DNA of 64,000 nucleotides from Gemmatimonadota bacterium. Lineage in GTDB: Bacteria; Gemmatimonadota; Gemmatimonadetes; Palauibacterales; Palauibacteraceae. The stretch's first letter is position 1, and every line of letters starts with the position of its first letter. Made by a program: the position numbers and the translations under genes. Below, piece by piece: positions 1 through 10,230 of this stretch. The DNA is taken from positions 1,056,001-1,120,000 of the forward strand of contig OZ220691.1 in assembly GCA_965116475.1 (NCBI GenBank). Reading direction: 5' to 3'. Under the pieces are notes generated by a model. That model made no database searches and was not told where the DNA came from. It worked only from the letters and a program-made list of their open reading frames with translations.

Positions 1-58
1 CGTCGTCGTAGAGGACCTCGACGCTGTTGAGTTCGAGCAGCGGGTTCGACCGGCTCAC
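1..58 (-). CDS. ABC transporter ATP-binding protein (LivF-like), 5' end only, runs off the window
   Basis: GTG at 58 overlaps the stop of the binding-protein gene; reads VSRSNPLLELNSVEVLYDD, a typical LivF N-terminus; completes the Liv-type operon. Confidence 0.7.
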   Translation of the reverse strand, partial: MSRSNPLLELNSVEVLYDD

Positions 59-1275
59 GGCGCCGTGAGGACTTCCGTCAGCGGGGTCCACCTTCCGTCT
101 TCGGCGCGGAAGAGCCGGAGCCCCTTCGACCCCCGGTGGTCGCTCGGCGTGAAGGTGAGTGGCGGCCCGGCGCCGCCCGTGTCGAGCCCATCGATCGTCT
201 CCAGCGCCCGCTTGATGTTCTCGCCGGTCACTTCCTGCCCCGCGTCGAGCACGCGCCGGATCCCCTCGACGAACACCCCCATCGTCCACCACCCCTGCGT
301 GTACGCGTTCGTCTTCTCCGCGTAGTCGTCGCCCCGGGACTCGAGGTAGTCGCGGATGTCCCGAATCCCCGGCACATCGGCGGTGAGCGGCGCCCACGGG
401 ATCGCCCCGACCACCCCTTCGGCCGCGTCCTCCGCCAGCCTCCACAGGAGCGCATTGGCGCACCAGTTCAGGCACACGAAGGTGGCGTCGATCCCCAGCC
501 CGCGCGCGTTCCGCAGGGCGACGGCCGCCGGCGCGGACGTGTTCTGGAACACCACGTAGGTCGCGCCCGACTGGCCGATGCGGGAGAACTCCGCCGTGTA
601 GTCGGTCGCGCCGCGCGGCATCTCGTAGGGCGTGACGTCGACGCCGATCTCCCGCGCGTAGTCCTCGCCCCCCTGCACCCACGGCGACAGGCCGAACGGA
701 CTCGCGTTGTGCATGAACGCGACCCGCGCGTTCCCTTCTCCGCCGTTCGCCCGGTGGTCCTCCGCGATCCAGCGCAGCACGATCCGGAACTGGTCGCTGT
801 AGCTCGTCGCCACGAGGAAGTTGTACGGCGACTCGTGCGCGTCTCCGAGCACGTGCGAGAGGGAGGCCGAGGAGAACGGGATGCGGTCCTCCGTGATCCG
901 CAGCCGGAGCGCCTCCGTGTCGCCCGTCCCCCAGCCCATGAAGATGAGCGCGCCCTCCTGCACGAACTGCGTGTAGAGCTGTTCGGCCCGGTCAACCTGG
1001 TAGCCGTAGTCCTGGTAGATGAGCCGGATCGGCCGCCCCCCGACGCCGCCCCGCGCGTTGAGCCACTCGACGTGCCCCCTGACCGCCTCGGCGTAGTCGA
1101 CCCCCACATCGGCCGTCGGCCCCGTGAGGTCGAAGATGGCCGCGATCAGGATCTCGTTCTCCGCCCTCTCCCCCGAGCCCCCGCAACCGGCGAGCGCGAG
1201 GGACAGGCTGAGACCGCCCCCGGCGATGGCGACGAAAACGGATCGGCTGGAGCGCATTTCCGGAGACCTCTTCAT
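55..1275 (-). CDS. ABC transporter substrate-binding lipoprotein (LivJ/Peripla_BP_6 type)
   Basis: Lipobox LAGC; FDLTGP and N..GGV.GR.I motifs; D.GY; operon context. Confidence 0.9.
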   Translation of the reverse strand: MKRSPEMRSSRSVFVAIAGGGLSLSLALAGCGGSGERAENEILIAAIFDLTGPTADVGVDYAEAVRGHVEWLNARGGVGGRPIRLIYQDYGYQVDRAEQLYTQFVQEGALIFMGWGTGDTEALRLRITEDRIPFSSASLSHVLGDAHESPYNFLVATSYSDQFRIVLRWIAEDHRANGGEGNARVAFMHNASPFGLSPWVQGGEDYAREIGVDVTPYEMPRGATDYTAEFSRIGQSGATYVVFQNTSAPAAVALRNARGLGIDATFVCLNWCANALLWRLAEDAAEGVVGAIPWAPLTADVPGIRDIRDYLESRGDDYAEKTNAYTQGWWTMGVFVEGIRRVLDAGQEVTGENIKRALETIDGLDTGGAGPPLTFTPSDHRGSKGLRLFRAEDGRWTPLTEVLTAP

Positions 1276-1305
1276 GTCGTGAAGCCTTACCGACTTCGGA
1301 GTCGA

Positions 1306-2367
1306 TCAGCGGCCCTCGCCGCGGCGGTACGCGAAGGGCCAGACGTAGAAGTAGTCTTTCACGTTGCGCCACAGTTTGGACAGGCCCTCGGGCTCGAACA
1401 CGAGGAAGAGGATGATGACGAGCCCGAACGCCGCCTGCTGCACGCTGGGCAGGAGGGCCGCGACCGCGGGCGCCGACCCCTGCAGTTCCCGCCCCACCGT
1501 CGCGATCATCGCGGGGAGCAGGGTGATGAGCGCCGCGCCGAACAGCGAGCCGCGGATCGTCCCCAGTCCTCCGACGATGATCATCGCCAGGTACAGGATG
1601 CTGGTCTCGAAGGTGAAGCGCTCCCACGAGATGATGTTGCGGTAGTACGCCGTGAGAGCGCCGGCCAGCCCCACGAAGAACGACGAGGTCGCGAAGGCGA
1701 GGAGCTTGGTCCCGAACACGTTCACGCCGATGACGCTGGCGGCGATGTCCTGGTCGCGCACGGCCACGAAGGAGCGGCCGATGCGCGAGCGGAAGAGGTT
1801 GGCGGTGAAGAGCGCCGTGGCGCCCGCCAGGGCGACGCCGAGCCAGTAGAAGCCGAAGTCCGTGTTCAGCCGCTGTCCGAAGAGCCGCGGGGCCGGGACG
1901 ACGACGGCTTCGACGCCTCCCGTGAGCGCGGGCCAGTGCGTGACGACCCACTCGACGATCTCCTGCGCGGCCAGCGTGGAAATCGCGAGGTAGAGCCCCT
2001 TGAGGCGCAGCGAGGGGAGACCGAAGAAGACGCCTACCGCCGCCGTCGCGAAGCAGGCGGCGACGATGCTCACGCCCCACGGCAGGCCCAGCCGCAGCGT
2101 GAGCAGCGCGGAGGTGTACGCCCCGACGGCCATGAAGGCGCCCTGCCCCAGCGAGATCTGCCCCGTGTAGCCGACGAGGATGTTGAGCCCCAGCGCGCCG
2201 ATGGTGGCGATCGCGATCTGGTTCGCGAGGTTGAGCCAGTACGGCGACGCGAGGAACGGGAAGACGAGGAGCGCGCACATGAACAGCCCGAGCCGCACGC
2301 GCTCCGCCGGCACGCGCCGGAGCCCCATGTCGGTCCGATAGTTCGTGTGAAAGACGCCGCTCTCCAC
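1306..2367 (-). CDS. Branched-chain amino acid-type ABC permease (LivM-like)
   Basis: LNILVGYTGQISLGQGAF, LRLKGLYLAISTLA, IVGGLG, EPEGL motifs. Confidence 0.92.
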   Translation of the reverse strand: MESGVFHTNYRTDMGLRRVPAERVRLGLFMCALLVFPFLASPYWLNLANQIAIATIGALGLNILVGYTGQISLGQGAFMAVGAYTSALLTLRLGLPWGVSIVAACFATAAVGVFFGLPSLRLKGLYLAISTLAAQEIVEWVVTHWPALTGGVEAVVVPAPRLFGQRLNTDFGFYWLGVALAGATALFTANLFRSRIGRSFVAVRDQDIAASVIGVNVFGTKLLAFATSSFFVGLAGALTAYYRNIISWERFTFETSILYLAMIIVGGLGTIRGSLFGAALITLLPAMIATVGRELQGSAPAVAALLPSVQQAAFGLVIILFLVFEPEGLSKLWRNVKDYFYVWPFAYRRGEGR

Positions 2368-2396
2368 GCGATGCTCCTGTTCGCCGGTCCGCGCGC

Positions 2397-3269
2397 CTAC
2401 ACGCGCTCGATGATTTCTCTGCCGAAGAGTCCGTACGGGCGGACCATGAGGACGATAATCAGCACGACGTACGGGACGATGAGGTTGAGCCCGTGGCCGA
2501 TGTAACCGCCCGCATAGAATTCAAGCAGTCCGATGATCGCGCCTCCGACGACCGCCCCGCGGATCGAGTCGAGTCCCCCCAGGATCACGACCGGGAAGAC
2601 GCGCAGGCCGATCTGCGCCACGTTCGGGGTCACGCCCACGATGTTGCCGAGCATGATTCCGCCGATGGCGGCCGTCACCGCCGCCAGCGCCCACGCGGTC
2701 GCGAACACGCGCGGGATGCTGATCCCCATGCTGAGCGCCGCCTGCTGGTCGTCGGCGATGGCCCGCATGGCGATCCCGCTTCGCGTGCGCCGGAAGAAGA
2801 GCGCCAGTCCCGCGAGCAGCGCGAGCGCGAGCGGGATCGCCACCAGCCGGTCCGCGCTCACCACGGCCGATCCCAGCATCACCTCGCCCTCGGGCAGGAA
2901 GGACGGGAAGGTGCGCGGCTGCGGCCCCCAGATCGCGTGCACGACCGCGCGCAGCACGCTCGAGAGGCCGATCGTGACCATGATCATCGAAACGATGGGC
3001 TCGCCGATCAGCGGCCGGAGCACGGCGCGCTCGATGGCGACGCCGATCCCCGCCGCCACGAGCATCGTCAGCAGGACGCCGGCCGTCCAAGGGAGCCCGA
3101 TCTGGACGAGGGAGAAGAAGATGAGATAGGTCCCGAACAGGAGGAGGTCCCCCTGCGCGAAGTTGATGACGTCGCTCGCCTTGTAGATGACGACGAAGCC
3201 CACCGCGGCGAGCGCGTAGATCATGCCCGTGCCCAGGCCCGCCACCGTCAGTTGCAGGAACTGGTCCAC
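2397..3269 (-). CDS. Branched-chain amino acid-type ABC permease (LivH-like)
   Basis: GTG start at 3269 (VDQFLQL); YALAAVGF..IYKAS.VINFAQG, ILGGLDS, RPYGLFG. Confidence 0.92.
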   Translation of the reverse strand: MDQFLQLTVAGLGTGMIYALAAVGFVVIYKASDVINFAQGDLLLFGTYLIFFSLVQIGLPWTAGVLLTMLVAAGIGVAIERAVLRPLIGEPIVSMIMVTIGLSSVLRAVVHAIWGPQPRTFPSFLPEGEVMLGSAVVSADRLVAIPLALALLAGLALFFRRTRSGIAMRAIADDQQAALSMGISIPRVFATAWALAAVTAAIGGIMLGNIVGVTPNVAQIGLRVFPVVILGGLDSIRGAVVGGAIIGLLEFYAGGYIGHGLNLIVPYVVLIIVLMVRPYGLFGREIIERV

Positions 3270-3271
3270 GG

Positions 3272-5194
3272 CTACGCCCCTCCGTCCTGCCCGTCCAGGC
3301 GCTCGATCCGCAGGTCGTGCTTCACGCTGGCGGTGCGGCCGTCCTGGTAGGCGATCTCCATCTCCACCGCCACGGTATCCTCCTCCCCGTACAGCGCCTC
3401 GATCAGCGACTCGAAGCGCTCGGCGACGAAGCGGCGGCGCACCTTCCGGGTGCGCGTGAGTTCGGCATCGTCCGCGTGCAGTTCCTTGTGCAGGAGGAGG
3501 AAACGCCGTACGCGGGCCGCCTCGGGCACGTCCCCGTTCACCGACTCGACGTGCGCCCGCACCAGGTCGTAGACCTCGGGCTTCTGCGACAGGTCGGTGA
3601 ACGTCGTGTAGGCGAGCTGCCGCCGCTCCGCCCACTGCCCCGCGTTCTCGAAGTCGATCGCGATGATCCCCGCCACGTAGGGGTGCTCGCCGCCGAACAC
3701 CACCGCTTCGCTCACGTAGGGGCTGAACTTGAGCAGGTTCTCGATGAACTGCGGCGAGAACGTCGTCCCGTCCGCGAGCGACATCACGTCCTTCAGGCGG
3801 TCGACGACCACGAGGTGGCCCTCATCGTCGAAGTATCCCGCGTCGCCCGAGTGCAGCCAGCCGTCCACGAGCGTCTCGCGCGTCGCCTCCGGGTTCTCGA
3901 AGTATCCCTGGAAGACGGCCGGACCCCGCGTCAGGATCTCCCCATCGCCCGCCACCCGGACCTCCATCCCGGGCAGCGGCTCCCCGACCGTCTGGTAGCG
4001 GATGTCGCCGTCCCGGTGCAGCACCGAGATGCCGGCGACCTCCGTCTGCCCGTAGATCTGCTTCAGGTTCACGCCCAGCGCGTGGAAGAAACGGAACACG
4101 TCCGGCCCGAGCGCGGCCCCGCCCGTGTAGGCGTCGCGCAGGTGCCTCAGGCCGAGCTGGTTCTTGATCGGGCGCATGGCGACGACTTCCGCGATCCGGC
4201 GGCGGAGGCGCCGCCGGCCGTCGGGCGTCCGGCCCTCGAACGCGTCGTCGGCCGCCTCCCCGCCGACCTTCATGGCCCACGCCTGGATGCGGCGCTTCAG
4301 CGGCGTCGTGTCCTCCACCATCACCTGCACCTCGGAGACGAGGTTCTCCCAGATGCGGGGCGGCGAGAACATCACGCGCGGCCCGATCTCGCGCAGGTCC
4401 TGCCGCACGGTACCCGGCTCCTCGGGAAAATTCACGGGGAAGCCGACCAGCACGTGACGGGAGACCGTCATCATCTGCTCGCCGATCCAGGCGAGGGGGA
4501 GAAACGAGACGAACTCGTCCTCCGCTTCCATCGGGTCCACAGCCTGCAACTGTCCGGCCATGCTGAGCAGGTTCGTGTGCGAGAGCACGGCGAGCTTGGG
4601 CTTGCTCGTCGTCCCGGAGGTGGTGCACAGGAGCGCGGGATGGCCGGGCCGGACGGCGTCCAGGGCGGCGGCGTACTCGTGCGGCAGCGCGTGGTCGCGC
4701 TCGGCCCCCCGGCGCTCGACATCCGGGAACGCGAGCAGCCCGCGCGCCTCGTAGCGGCCCAGTCCGCGCGGATCGTAGTAGATGATGTGCTCCAGGCGGG
4801 GCAGCGTCTCCCGGATCTCGAGCACCTTGTCGACCTGTTCCTGGTCTTCCGCGATGACGACCCGCGCCCGCGAGGCCGCGAGCAGGTATTCGAGTTCCGT
4901 GGCCACCGCGTCCTGGTAGAGGCCGAGGGGCAGCGCGCCGAGCGACTGGGCCGCCAACTCGCCGATGACCCACTCGGGACGGTTGTCGCCCACGATCGCG
5001 ATCCGGTCGCCGCGCTCGAGACCGAGTTCGCGGAGTCCCATCGCGAAATGGCGCACGCGCCGCGCGTATTCGGTCCACGTGAGACTCTGCCAGATCCCGA
5101 ACTCCTTCTCGCGCATGGCCACGCGCTCGCCATGGTGCGCTGCCTGCAGGCGAAGGAGTCCGGGCAGGCTGCCGTCCACGAACCCGCTGTTCAC
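3272..5194 (-). CDS. Long-chain fatty acid--CoA ligase (AMP-binding)
   Basis: TTSGTTSKPK P-loop, YGQTE, GWLHSGDAG, DRLKD, ELTRTRKVRR. Confidence 0.9.
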   Translation of the reverse strand: MNSGFVDGSLPGLLRLQAAHHGERVAMREKEFGIWQSLTWTEYARRVRHFAMGLRELGLERGDRIAIVGDNRPEWVIGELAAQSLGALPLGLYQDAVATELEYLLAASRARVVIAEDQEQVDKVLEIRETLPRLEHIIYYDPRGLGRYEARGLLAFPDVERRGAERDHALPHEYAAALDAVRPGHPALLCTTSGTTSKPKLAVLSHTNLLSMAGQLQAVDPMEAEDEFVSFLPLAWIGEQMMTVSRHVLVGFPVNFPEEPGTVRQDLREIGPRVMFSPPRIWENLVSEVQVMVEDTTPLKRRIQAWAMKVGGEAADDAFEGRTPDGRRRLRRRIAEVVAMRPIKNQLGLRHLRDAYTGGAALGPDVFRFFHALGVNLKQIYGQTEVAGISVLHRDGDIRYQTVGEPLPGMEVRVAGDGEILTRGPAVFQGYFENPEATRETLVDGWLHSGDAGYFDDEGHLVVVDRLKDVMSLADGTTFSPQFIENLLKFSPYVSEAVVFGGEHPYVAGIIAIDFENAGQWAERRQLAYTTFTDLSQKPEVYDLVRAHVESVNGDVPEAARVRRFLLLHKELHADDAELTRTRKVRRRFVAERFESLIEALYGEEDTVAVEMEIAYQDGRTASVKHDLRIERLDGQDGGA

Positions 5195-5234
5195 GAGGTG
5201 CTCACCAAGCGTCCCCGAGGCGCGCGCGAAACGC

Positions 5235-6053
5235 TCACGAGACCGGTCCGGCGGCCGGTTCGCCGTGGCCGAGGTACGCCTCGATCACGCGGGGATTCGC
5301 GCGGACCTCGGCGGGTGTGCCTTCGGCGATGACCTGCCCGAACTCGAGCACGATCACGCGCTCGCAGATGTCCATGATGACGTCCATGTCGTGGTCGATG
5401 ACGACCGGGGTCGTCCCCCATTCCTCGTGTACGTCGAGGATGAAGCGCGCCATCGACTCCTTCTCCTCCGAGTTCATGCCGGCCAGCGGCTCGTCGAGGA
5501 GCAGGATCTCGGGGTCGAGCGCCAGGGCGCGGCCGAGTTCGACGAGCTTCTGCTGTCCGTAGGGGAGGTTGCCGACGACGGCGCGGCGAATCGGCTCCAG
5601 GTTGAGGAAGTCGATCACCTCTTCGACCCGCACCCGGTGCCGGATCTCGCGGCGGCGCTGGAGACCCCAGAAGATCCCGCCCGACAGGACCCCGCCGCGC
5701 ATGTGCACGTGGCGGCCCAGCATGATGTTGTCGAGCGCGGTCATGTGCTTGAAGAGTTCGATGCTCTGGAAGGTGCGAGCGACGCCGAGCCGGGCGATCC
5801 GGTGCGGCGGCAGGCGGTGGAGCGCGTGCGACTCGCCCACGGGGTCTCGCAGCGTGATGGTGCCCTCGGTCGGACGGTAGAGTCCCGAAATGCAGTTGAG
5901 GACGCTCGTCTTGCCCGCCCCGTTCGGGCCGATGAGCGCGAGGAGTTCGCCGCCGCGGATGTCGAGGCGCACGTTCTCGAGCGCCGTCACGCCCCCGAAG
6001 CGGAGGGTGACACCGTCCAGGTACACGCTGGCTCGGCCGTCGGGCTCGTTCAT
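5235..6053 (-). CDS. ABC transporter ATP-binding protein (LivG-like)
   Basis: Walker A GPNGAGKT, RTFQ, LPYG, LLLDEP, HDM; ATG at 6053. Confidence 0.92.
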   Translation of the reverse strand: MNEPDGRASVYLDGVTLRFGGVTALENVRLDIRGGELLALIGPNGAGKTSVLNCISGLYRPTEGTITLRDPVGESHALHRLPPHRIARLGVARTFQSIELFKHMTALDNIMLGRHVHMRGGVLSGGIFWGLQRRREIRHRVRVEEVIDFLNLEPIRRAVVGNLPYGQQKLVELGRALALDPEILLLDEPLAGMNSEEKESMARFILDVHEEWGTTPVVIDHDMDVIMDICERVIVLEFGQVIAEGTPAEVRANPRVIEAYLGHGEPAAGPVS

Positions 6054-6146
6054 GTCTGCGCCTGCCGCGGCTCGGGACCGTTCGGGAAACCCCGGGGAAA
6101 ACGGGAAGTAGTTGACGGGCGGGCCTCCGGCAATCCTTATGAACAT

Positions 6147-7061
6147 ATGTTGCGTCTCCGGCCGCCCCCCGCCCCGATCCTCGCCACCGCGCTGGCCGCC
6201 GTGCTCGCCGCCGCCGCCGTGGCGGGCATGACGGCGCGATCCGACCGGCCGCCGGACGCGATCGCCGGGGAAACCGCCGGGGAGGCCGCCGCGGAGGCGA
6301 GCGCCGCGACCCTCCGCGAGCGCGCGGCCGCGCGGGACCGGCTCCTCGAGCGCGAACCCGGACTGGCCCAGGCGCGGGCGGAATGGGGCCGGGACTTCTA
6401 CTTCACGCGCGCCATCTACTCCGGTTCCCGCGGCTGGTGGGGGGGAGGACGGGGGCGCGGCACCTGGGCCACGGACTTCCCGAAGGCCGACCGCCAGTTT
6501 CTCTTCATCCTCCATCGCCTGCTCGCGATGCTGGACCTGCACGAGTGGGAGAACCCGGTCGCGCTCGACGACCCCGAACTGCGCCGCTTCCCCTTCCTCT
6601 ACATGCTGGAAGTCGGCTACATGAATCTCTCCGAGCCCGAAATCGAGGGGCTCCGGGGCTACCTCGAGGCGGGCGGGTTCCTCGTGGTGGACGACTTCTG
6701 GGGAGAGGAGGCGTGGTACAACCTCGAGTACCACATGTCGCGCATCCTGCCCGGCCGCCCGATCGAGCCGATCCCGCTGGACCATCCGATCTTCCACCAG
6801 TTCTACGACATCGACGAACTCCTGACGGTGCCGAGCATCAACAGGGCCATGCGCGGGCGCTACGAGGAGTGCTGGGGCCCGTGCACGCCCACGGTCAGCG
6901 GGATCTTCAACGACCGCGGCGAGCTGATGGTCGTCATCAACCACAACACGGATCTGGGCGACGCGTGGGAGTGGTCCGAGAACCCGTACTACCCGATCGA
7001 CCGGTCGACCTACGCCTACGAGCTGGCCATCAACTACATCATCTACGGCCTCAGCCACTGA
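6147..7061 (+). CDS. DUF4159 domain protein
   Basis: Signal peptide; W.TDFP.AD, PFLYM, YLEAGGFLVVDDFWG, DHPIFHQFYDI, NTDLGDAWE. Confidence 0.8.
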   Translation: MLRLRPPPAPILATALAAVLAAAAVAGMTARSDRPPDAIAGETAGEAAAEASAATLRERAAARDRLLEREPGLAQARAEWGRDFYFTRAIYSGSRGWWGGGRGRGTWATDFPKADRQFLFILHRLLAMLDLHEWENPVALDDPELRRFPFLYMLEVGYMNLSEPEIEGLRGYLEAGGFLVVDDFWGEEAWYNLEYHMSRILPGRPIEPIPLDHPIFHQFYDIDELLTVPSINRAMRGRYEECWGPCTPTVSGIFNDRGELMVVINHNTDLGDAWEWSENPYYPIDRSTYAYELAINYIIYGLSH

Positions 7062-8380
7062 TGGGACCGATCTCCCGGCGGCGGTTCGGGGCGCTCGCCC
7101 TCGGCGCCGCGGGGGCGGTGGCCACCCCCTGGCCCCTCCGCTCGCTGCGGCGCCAGCGGCTGCTCGTGGACGGCGACCGGCTCAACCGCCGCCTCGGCGA
7201 ACTCGCGGGCTTCAGCAGTGCCGCCGAAGGCACGACACGGCTCGCCTACAGCGACGAGGACCGCGCGGCCCGCGCCTGGCTCTCCGACATCATGTCCGAT
7301 CTCGGCCTCGAGGTGCACGTGGACCGCGCCGCCAACCTGATCGGCCGCCGGCGCGGCACGGACCCCTCGCTCGCTCCGATCGTCCTCGGTTCCCACATCG
7401 ATTCCGTGCCGGCGGGCGGCAGCTACGACGGCCAGGTCGGCTCGATGGGCGCGCTCGAGGCGGTGGCCACGCTGGTGGACGCGAGCCGCGACACCCGCCA
7501 CCCGCTGGAACTCGTGATCTGGGCCAACGAGGAGGGCGGCAAGACGGGGAGCCGCGCGGTCGCGGGCGAGACGCTGCCCTGGGAAGTCGACATCGTCACC
7601 GCGAGCGGGTTCTCGATCGGCGAGGGCACGGAGCGCCTGGGCGGCGACCTCACGGACCTGGCCGCGGCCCGCCGGGAGGCCGGCAGCCTCGCGGCCTACC
7701 TCGAACTGCACATCGAGCAGGGGTTCGTGCTCGACCGGGGCGGGCTCGACATCGGCGTCGTGCAGGGGATCGTCGGCATCCGCCGCTGGTCCGTGACCGT
7801 CGACGGCTTCGCGAACCACGCCGGCACCACGCCCATGGACATGCGGCAGGACGCCATGGTGACCGCGGCGCGCATCATCGATGCCGTGCACGTGACCGCG
7901 CGGGAACTGCCCGGGCGGCACGTGGCCACGGTCGGCCGCCTCACCGCCGAACCCGGTGCGCCGAACGTCATTCCGGGCCGGGTCACCTTCAGCCTCGAGA
8001 TCCGCGACCTCGCGATGACGGGAATCGACGCCGTCTTCCGGGCAATCCGTGGGCGCGCGGAGGAAATCGCCGGGGCGGACGGCACGACGGTCACCATCGA
8101 GCAGTTCTACGAGAGCCGCGCGGCGCCGACCGACCCGCGCCTCCGGGACATCATCGAGGCGGAGGCGCTCGATCTCGGCCTCACGGCGCTCCGCATGCCG
8201 AGCGGGGCGGGCCACGACGCGCAGAGCGTCGCCCTGCTGGGGCCGGTGGGGATGATCTTCGTGCCCAGCCGCGACGGCATCAGCCACTCGCCGCTCGAGT
8301 TCACCGAGCCGGATCAAATCACGGCGGGGGCGAACGTGCTGCTCGGCGCCCTCCTCGCCATCGACGCGCGCGGCCTCTGA
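7061..8380 (+). CDS. M20 Zn-dependent amidohydrolase (N-carbamoyl-L-amino acid/allantoate type) with Tat-like signal
   Basis: GSHIDSV, G.YDG..G, NEEG, ELHIEQG, NHAGTTPM, SGAGHDAQ, GISHSP.E; ATG overlaps upstream TGA; SRRRF at N-terminus. Confidence 0.9.
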   Translation: MGPISRRRFGALALGAAGAVATPWPLRSLRRQRLLVDGDRLNRRLGELAGFSSAAEGTTRLAYSDEDRAARAWLSDIMSDLGLEVHVDRAANLIGRRRGTDPSLAPIVLGSHIDSVPAGGSYDGQVGSMGALEAVATLVDASRDTRHPLELVIWANEEGGKTGSRAVAGETLPWEVDIVTASGFSIGEGTERLGGDLTDLAAARREAGSLAAYLELHIEQGFVLDRGGLDIGVVQGIVGIRRWSVTVDGFANHAGTTPMDMRQDAMVTAARIIDAVHVTARELPGRHVATVGRLTAEPGAPNVIPGRVTFSLEIRDLAMTGIDAVFRAIRGRAEEIAGADGTTVTIEQFYESRAAPTDPRLRDIIEAEALDLGLTALRMPSGAGHDAQSVALLGPVGMIFVPSRDGISHSPLEFTEPDQITAGANVLLGALLAIDARGL

Positions 8381-8425
8381 GTCCCGGACGCGTGCGCCGA
8401 CGCTCCGACGCTCCGCCGCCGGCCG

Positions 8426-9463
8426 TCAGTTGCCGATCACGTCCTTCGAGATGCGCATGGCGACGAGCATGTTCGGCACGTCCACGACCTCGGCGATCTT
8501 GAGGTCTCCCGCCATCGACGCCAGCTGGTAGGCCTCCTGGCGGGACAGGTCCCGCGCACGCACCAGGTAGTCGATCATCGCCTCGACGGCGTTCCGCGCC
8601 GCCTCGTCGATCGTCGGCGCGAAGCCGGTCACGGCGTAGAACTCGTCGGTCTCGTAGTGGGGCGACGGGATCGGTCCGATGCCCTTGACGACCTCCAGTT
8701 CGTAGACGACGCGCAGCGGCCCCTCGATCGCCGTGCCGCCGACCTCGCCGTCGCCCTGCGCGATGTGCGGGTCGCCCATCGAGAAGAGCGCGCCTTCCAC
8801 GAGCACCGGGAAGTACACCGTCGTGCCCTCGACCAGGTCGCGGTCGTCCATGTTGCCGCCGTTCTGGCGGGGCGGGATCGTGACGAGCATCGAATCCGTG
8901 TCCGGCGCCACGCCCATCACGCCGGGGAACGGCCGCAGCGGAATCCGGATCCCGGGCGCGAAGTCGACGCTGGTATCCCCCGGTTCGAACTCGAAGGTCC
9001 TCAGATACGGCTCGGGGAACCGGTCGGCGAGGAACCCGAACCCGGGGACGTTCGCGACCCAGCCCCAGTCGCCGAGTTCGATCTCGTGCAGCGTGACGGC
9101 GAGGAGGTCGCCCGGCTCGGCCCCCTCCACGTACACGGGCCCGGTCAGGGGGTGGATGGGATCGAAGCTCAGCCTCGCCAGATCCTCGAACGTGGACTCC
9201 GGCGTCAGTTGCCCATCCGACGCCTCCTCGAGATACGCCTCGATGACGGCGCCCGACGCCACGGTGAGGATCGGCGGAATCGTCCGGCTCCAGCGGTTGT
9301 GCGTCTGGTCCGCCGTCAGCGTGTGCTGCGGCTCCGGCGCGGGCGGTCCTCCTCCTTCACCGCCCGGAACCGCGGCCTCGGAGCCGGTCCCGCCGGGCGC
9401 GCAGCCCGACGCGAGGACGAGCGAGAGGAGCGGAACCCCGGCGGCGGCCCTCCCCGCCGCCAT
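8426..9463 (-). CDS. Acetamidase/formamidase family lipoprotein
   Basis: HPLTGPVYVEGAEPGD, PFPGVMGVAP, GGNMD, GD.H..QGDGEV..TAIE; start uncertain because of the tandem repeat. Confidence 0.88.
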   Translation of the reverse strand: MAAGRAAAGVPLLSLVLASGCAPGGTGSEAAVPGGEGGGPPAPEPQHTLTADQTHNRWSRTIPPILTVASGAVIEAYLEEASDGQLTPESTFEDLARLSFDPIHPLTGPVYVEGAEPGDLLAVTLHEIELGDWGWVANVPGFGFLADRFPEPYLRTFEFEPGDTSVDFAPGIRIPLRPFPGVMGVAPDTDSMLVTIPPRQNGGNMDDRDLVEGTTVYFPVLVEGALFSMGDPHIAQGDGEVGGTAIEGPLRVVYELEVVKGIGPIPSPHYETDEFYAVTGFAPTIDEAARNAVEAMIDYLVRARDLSRQEAYQLASMAGDLKIAEVVDVPNMLVAMRISKDVIGN

Positions 9464-9533
9464 CACTCTTCGCCGGCCAATCACTCGTCGTCGGCCAATC
9501 ACTCTTCGTCGGCCAATCACTCTTCGTTGGCGA
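9462..9533. repeat. 18-bp tandem repeat x4 (ATCACTCTTCGTCGGCCA consensus)
   Basis: Units at 9462, 9480, 9498, 9516; the last is the 3' end and stop codon of the upstream gene. Confidence 0.9.
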
Positions 9534-10017
9534 CCGTGAAGTGGAGGGTGTCCACGACCGGCGGATCGAGCGGGATGTGCGCGGGGTTGGCCACGACGGC
9601 GATGAGGCGGTGCTCTCCGGGCGCGAGTCCCTCCAGCATGTACTCGGTGCTCCCATCCCCCATGTGGATGATCTGGGGGTCGTTCTGCGGGATCAGGTCG
9701 GTGAGCGGCGTGAGGTCCACGTCGACGTACAGGTGATGGTGGCCGGTGCCGACGACCGGTGGCGTGATGGAGACGATCTCGATCCCCTCCGTCTCCATGA
9801 CGACCATGACATCCGGGCCCACCGTCGCGCCTTCTTCCGGCTGCGTGATGCGTACGGTGACGGCCGGCTCGGCGGGCATCTCTTCAGCCGCTGCCTCGGC
9901 CATCGCGTCTTCGGCCATCGCGGCGTCGTCGGCTTCGTCCCCTCCCCCGCAGGCGATGGCGAGCGAGAGCGGGGCGATGAAGGCAACCGGGATCCATCTC
10001 GGACGGGGGAAACGCAT
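9517..10017 (-). CDS. DUF4399-like lipoprotein
   Basis: AGGAGGT RBS before ATG at 10017; lipobox AIAC; GHHHLYVD, IHMGDG.TE, LAPGEH.L. Confidence 0.8.
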   Translation of the reverse strand: MRFPRPRWIPVAFIAPLSLAIACGGGDEADDAAMAEDAMAEAAAEEMPAEPAVTVRITQPEEGATVGPDVMVVMETEGIEIVSITPPVVGTGHHHLYVDVDLTPLTDLIPQNDPQIIHMGDGSTEYMLEGLAPGEHRLIAVVANPAHIPLDPPVVDTLHFTVANEE

Positions 10018-10230
10018 GAAACCTCCTGGACGAACGATCCGTCGATGCGACACGGCTTCGGGACTCGCAGATTAGGGAAACGGACCCGCCCGCGCGAGAC
10101 GCGGGGGGCGATGCCGCGCCGGAAACGCCGCATACAACGTTTCCGTCCATCGCATGTTCTCAAACACAGAACGGGAGTTCACGAGGCGACAAGGCACGCG
10201 CATGTCCTTCAGTTCACGCCCGGAGCGCTG

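Noticed and set aside
9462-9533. Short repeats as a possible CRISPR array
   Set aside because: Units are contiguous with no spacers, too short, and no cas genes are present.
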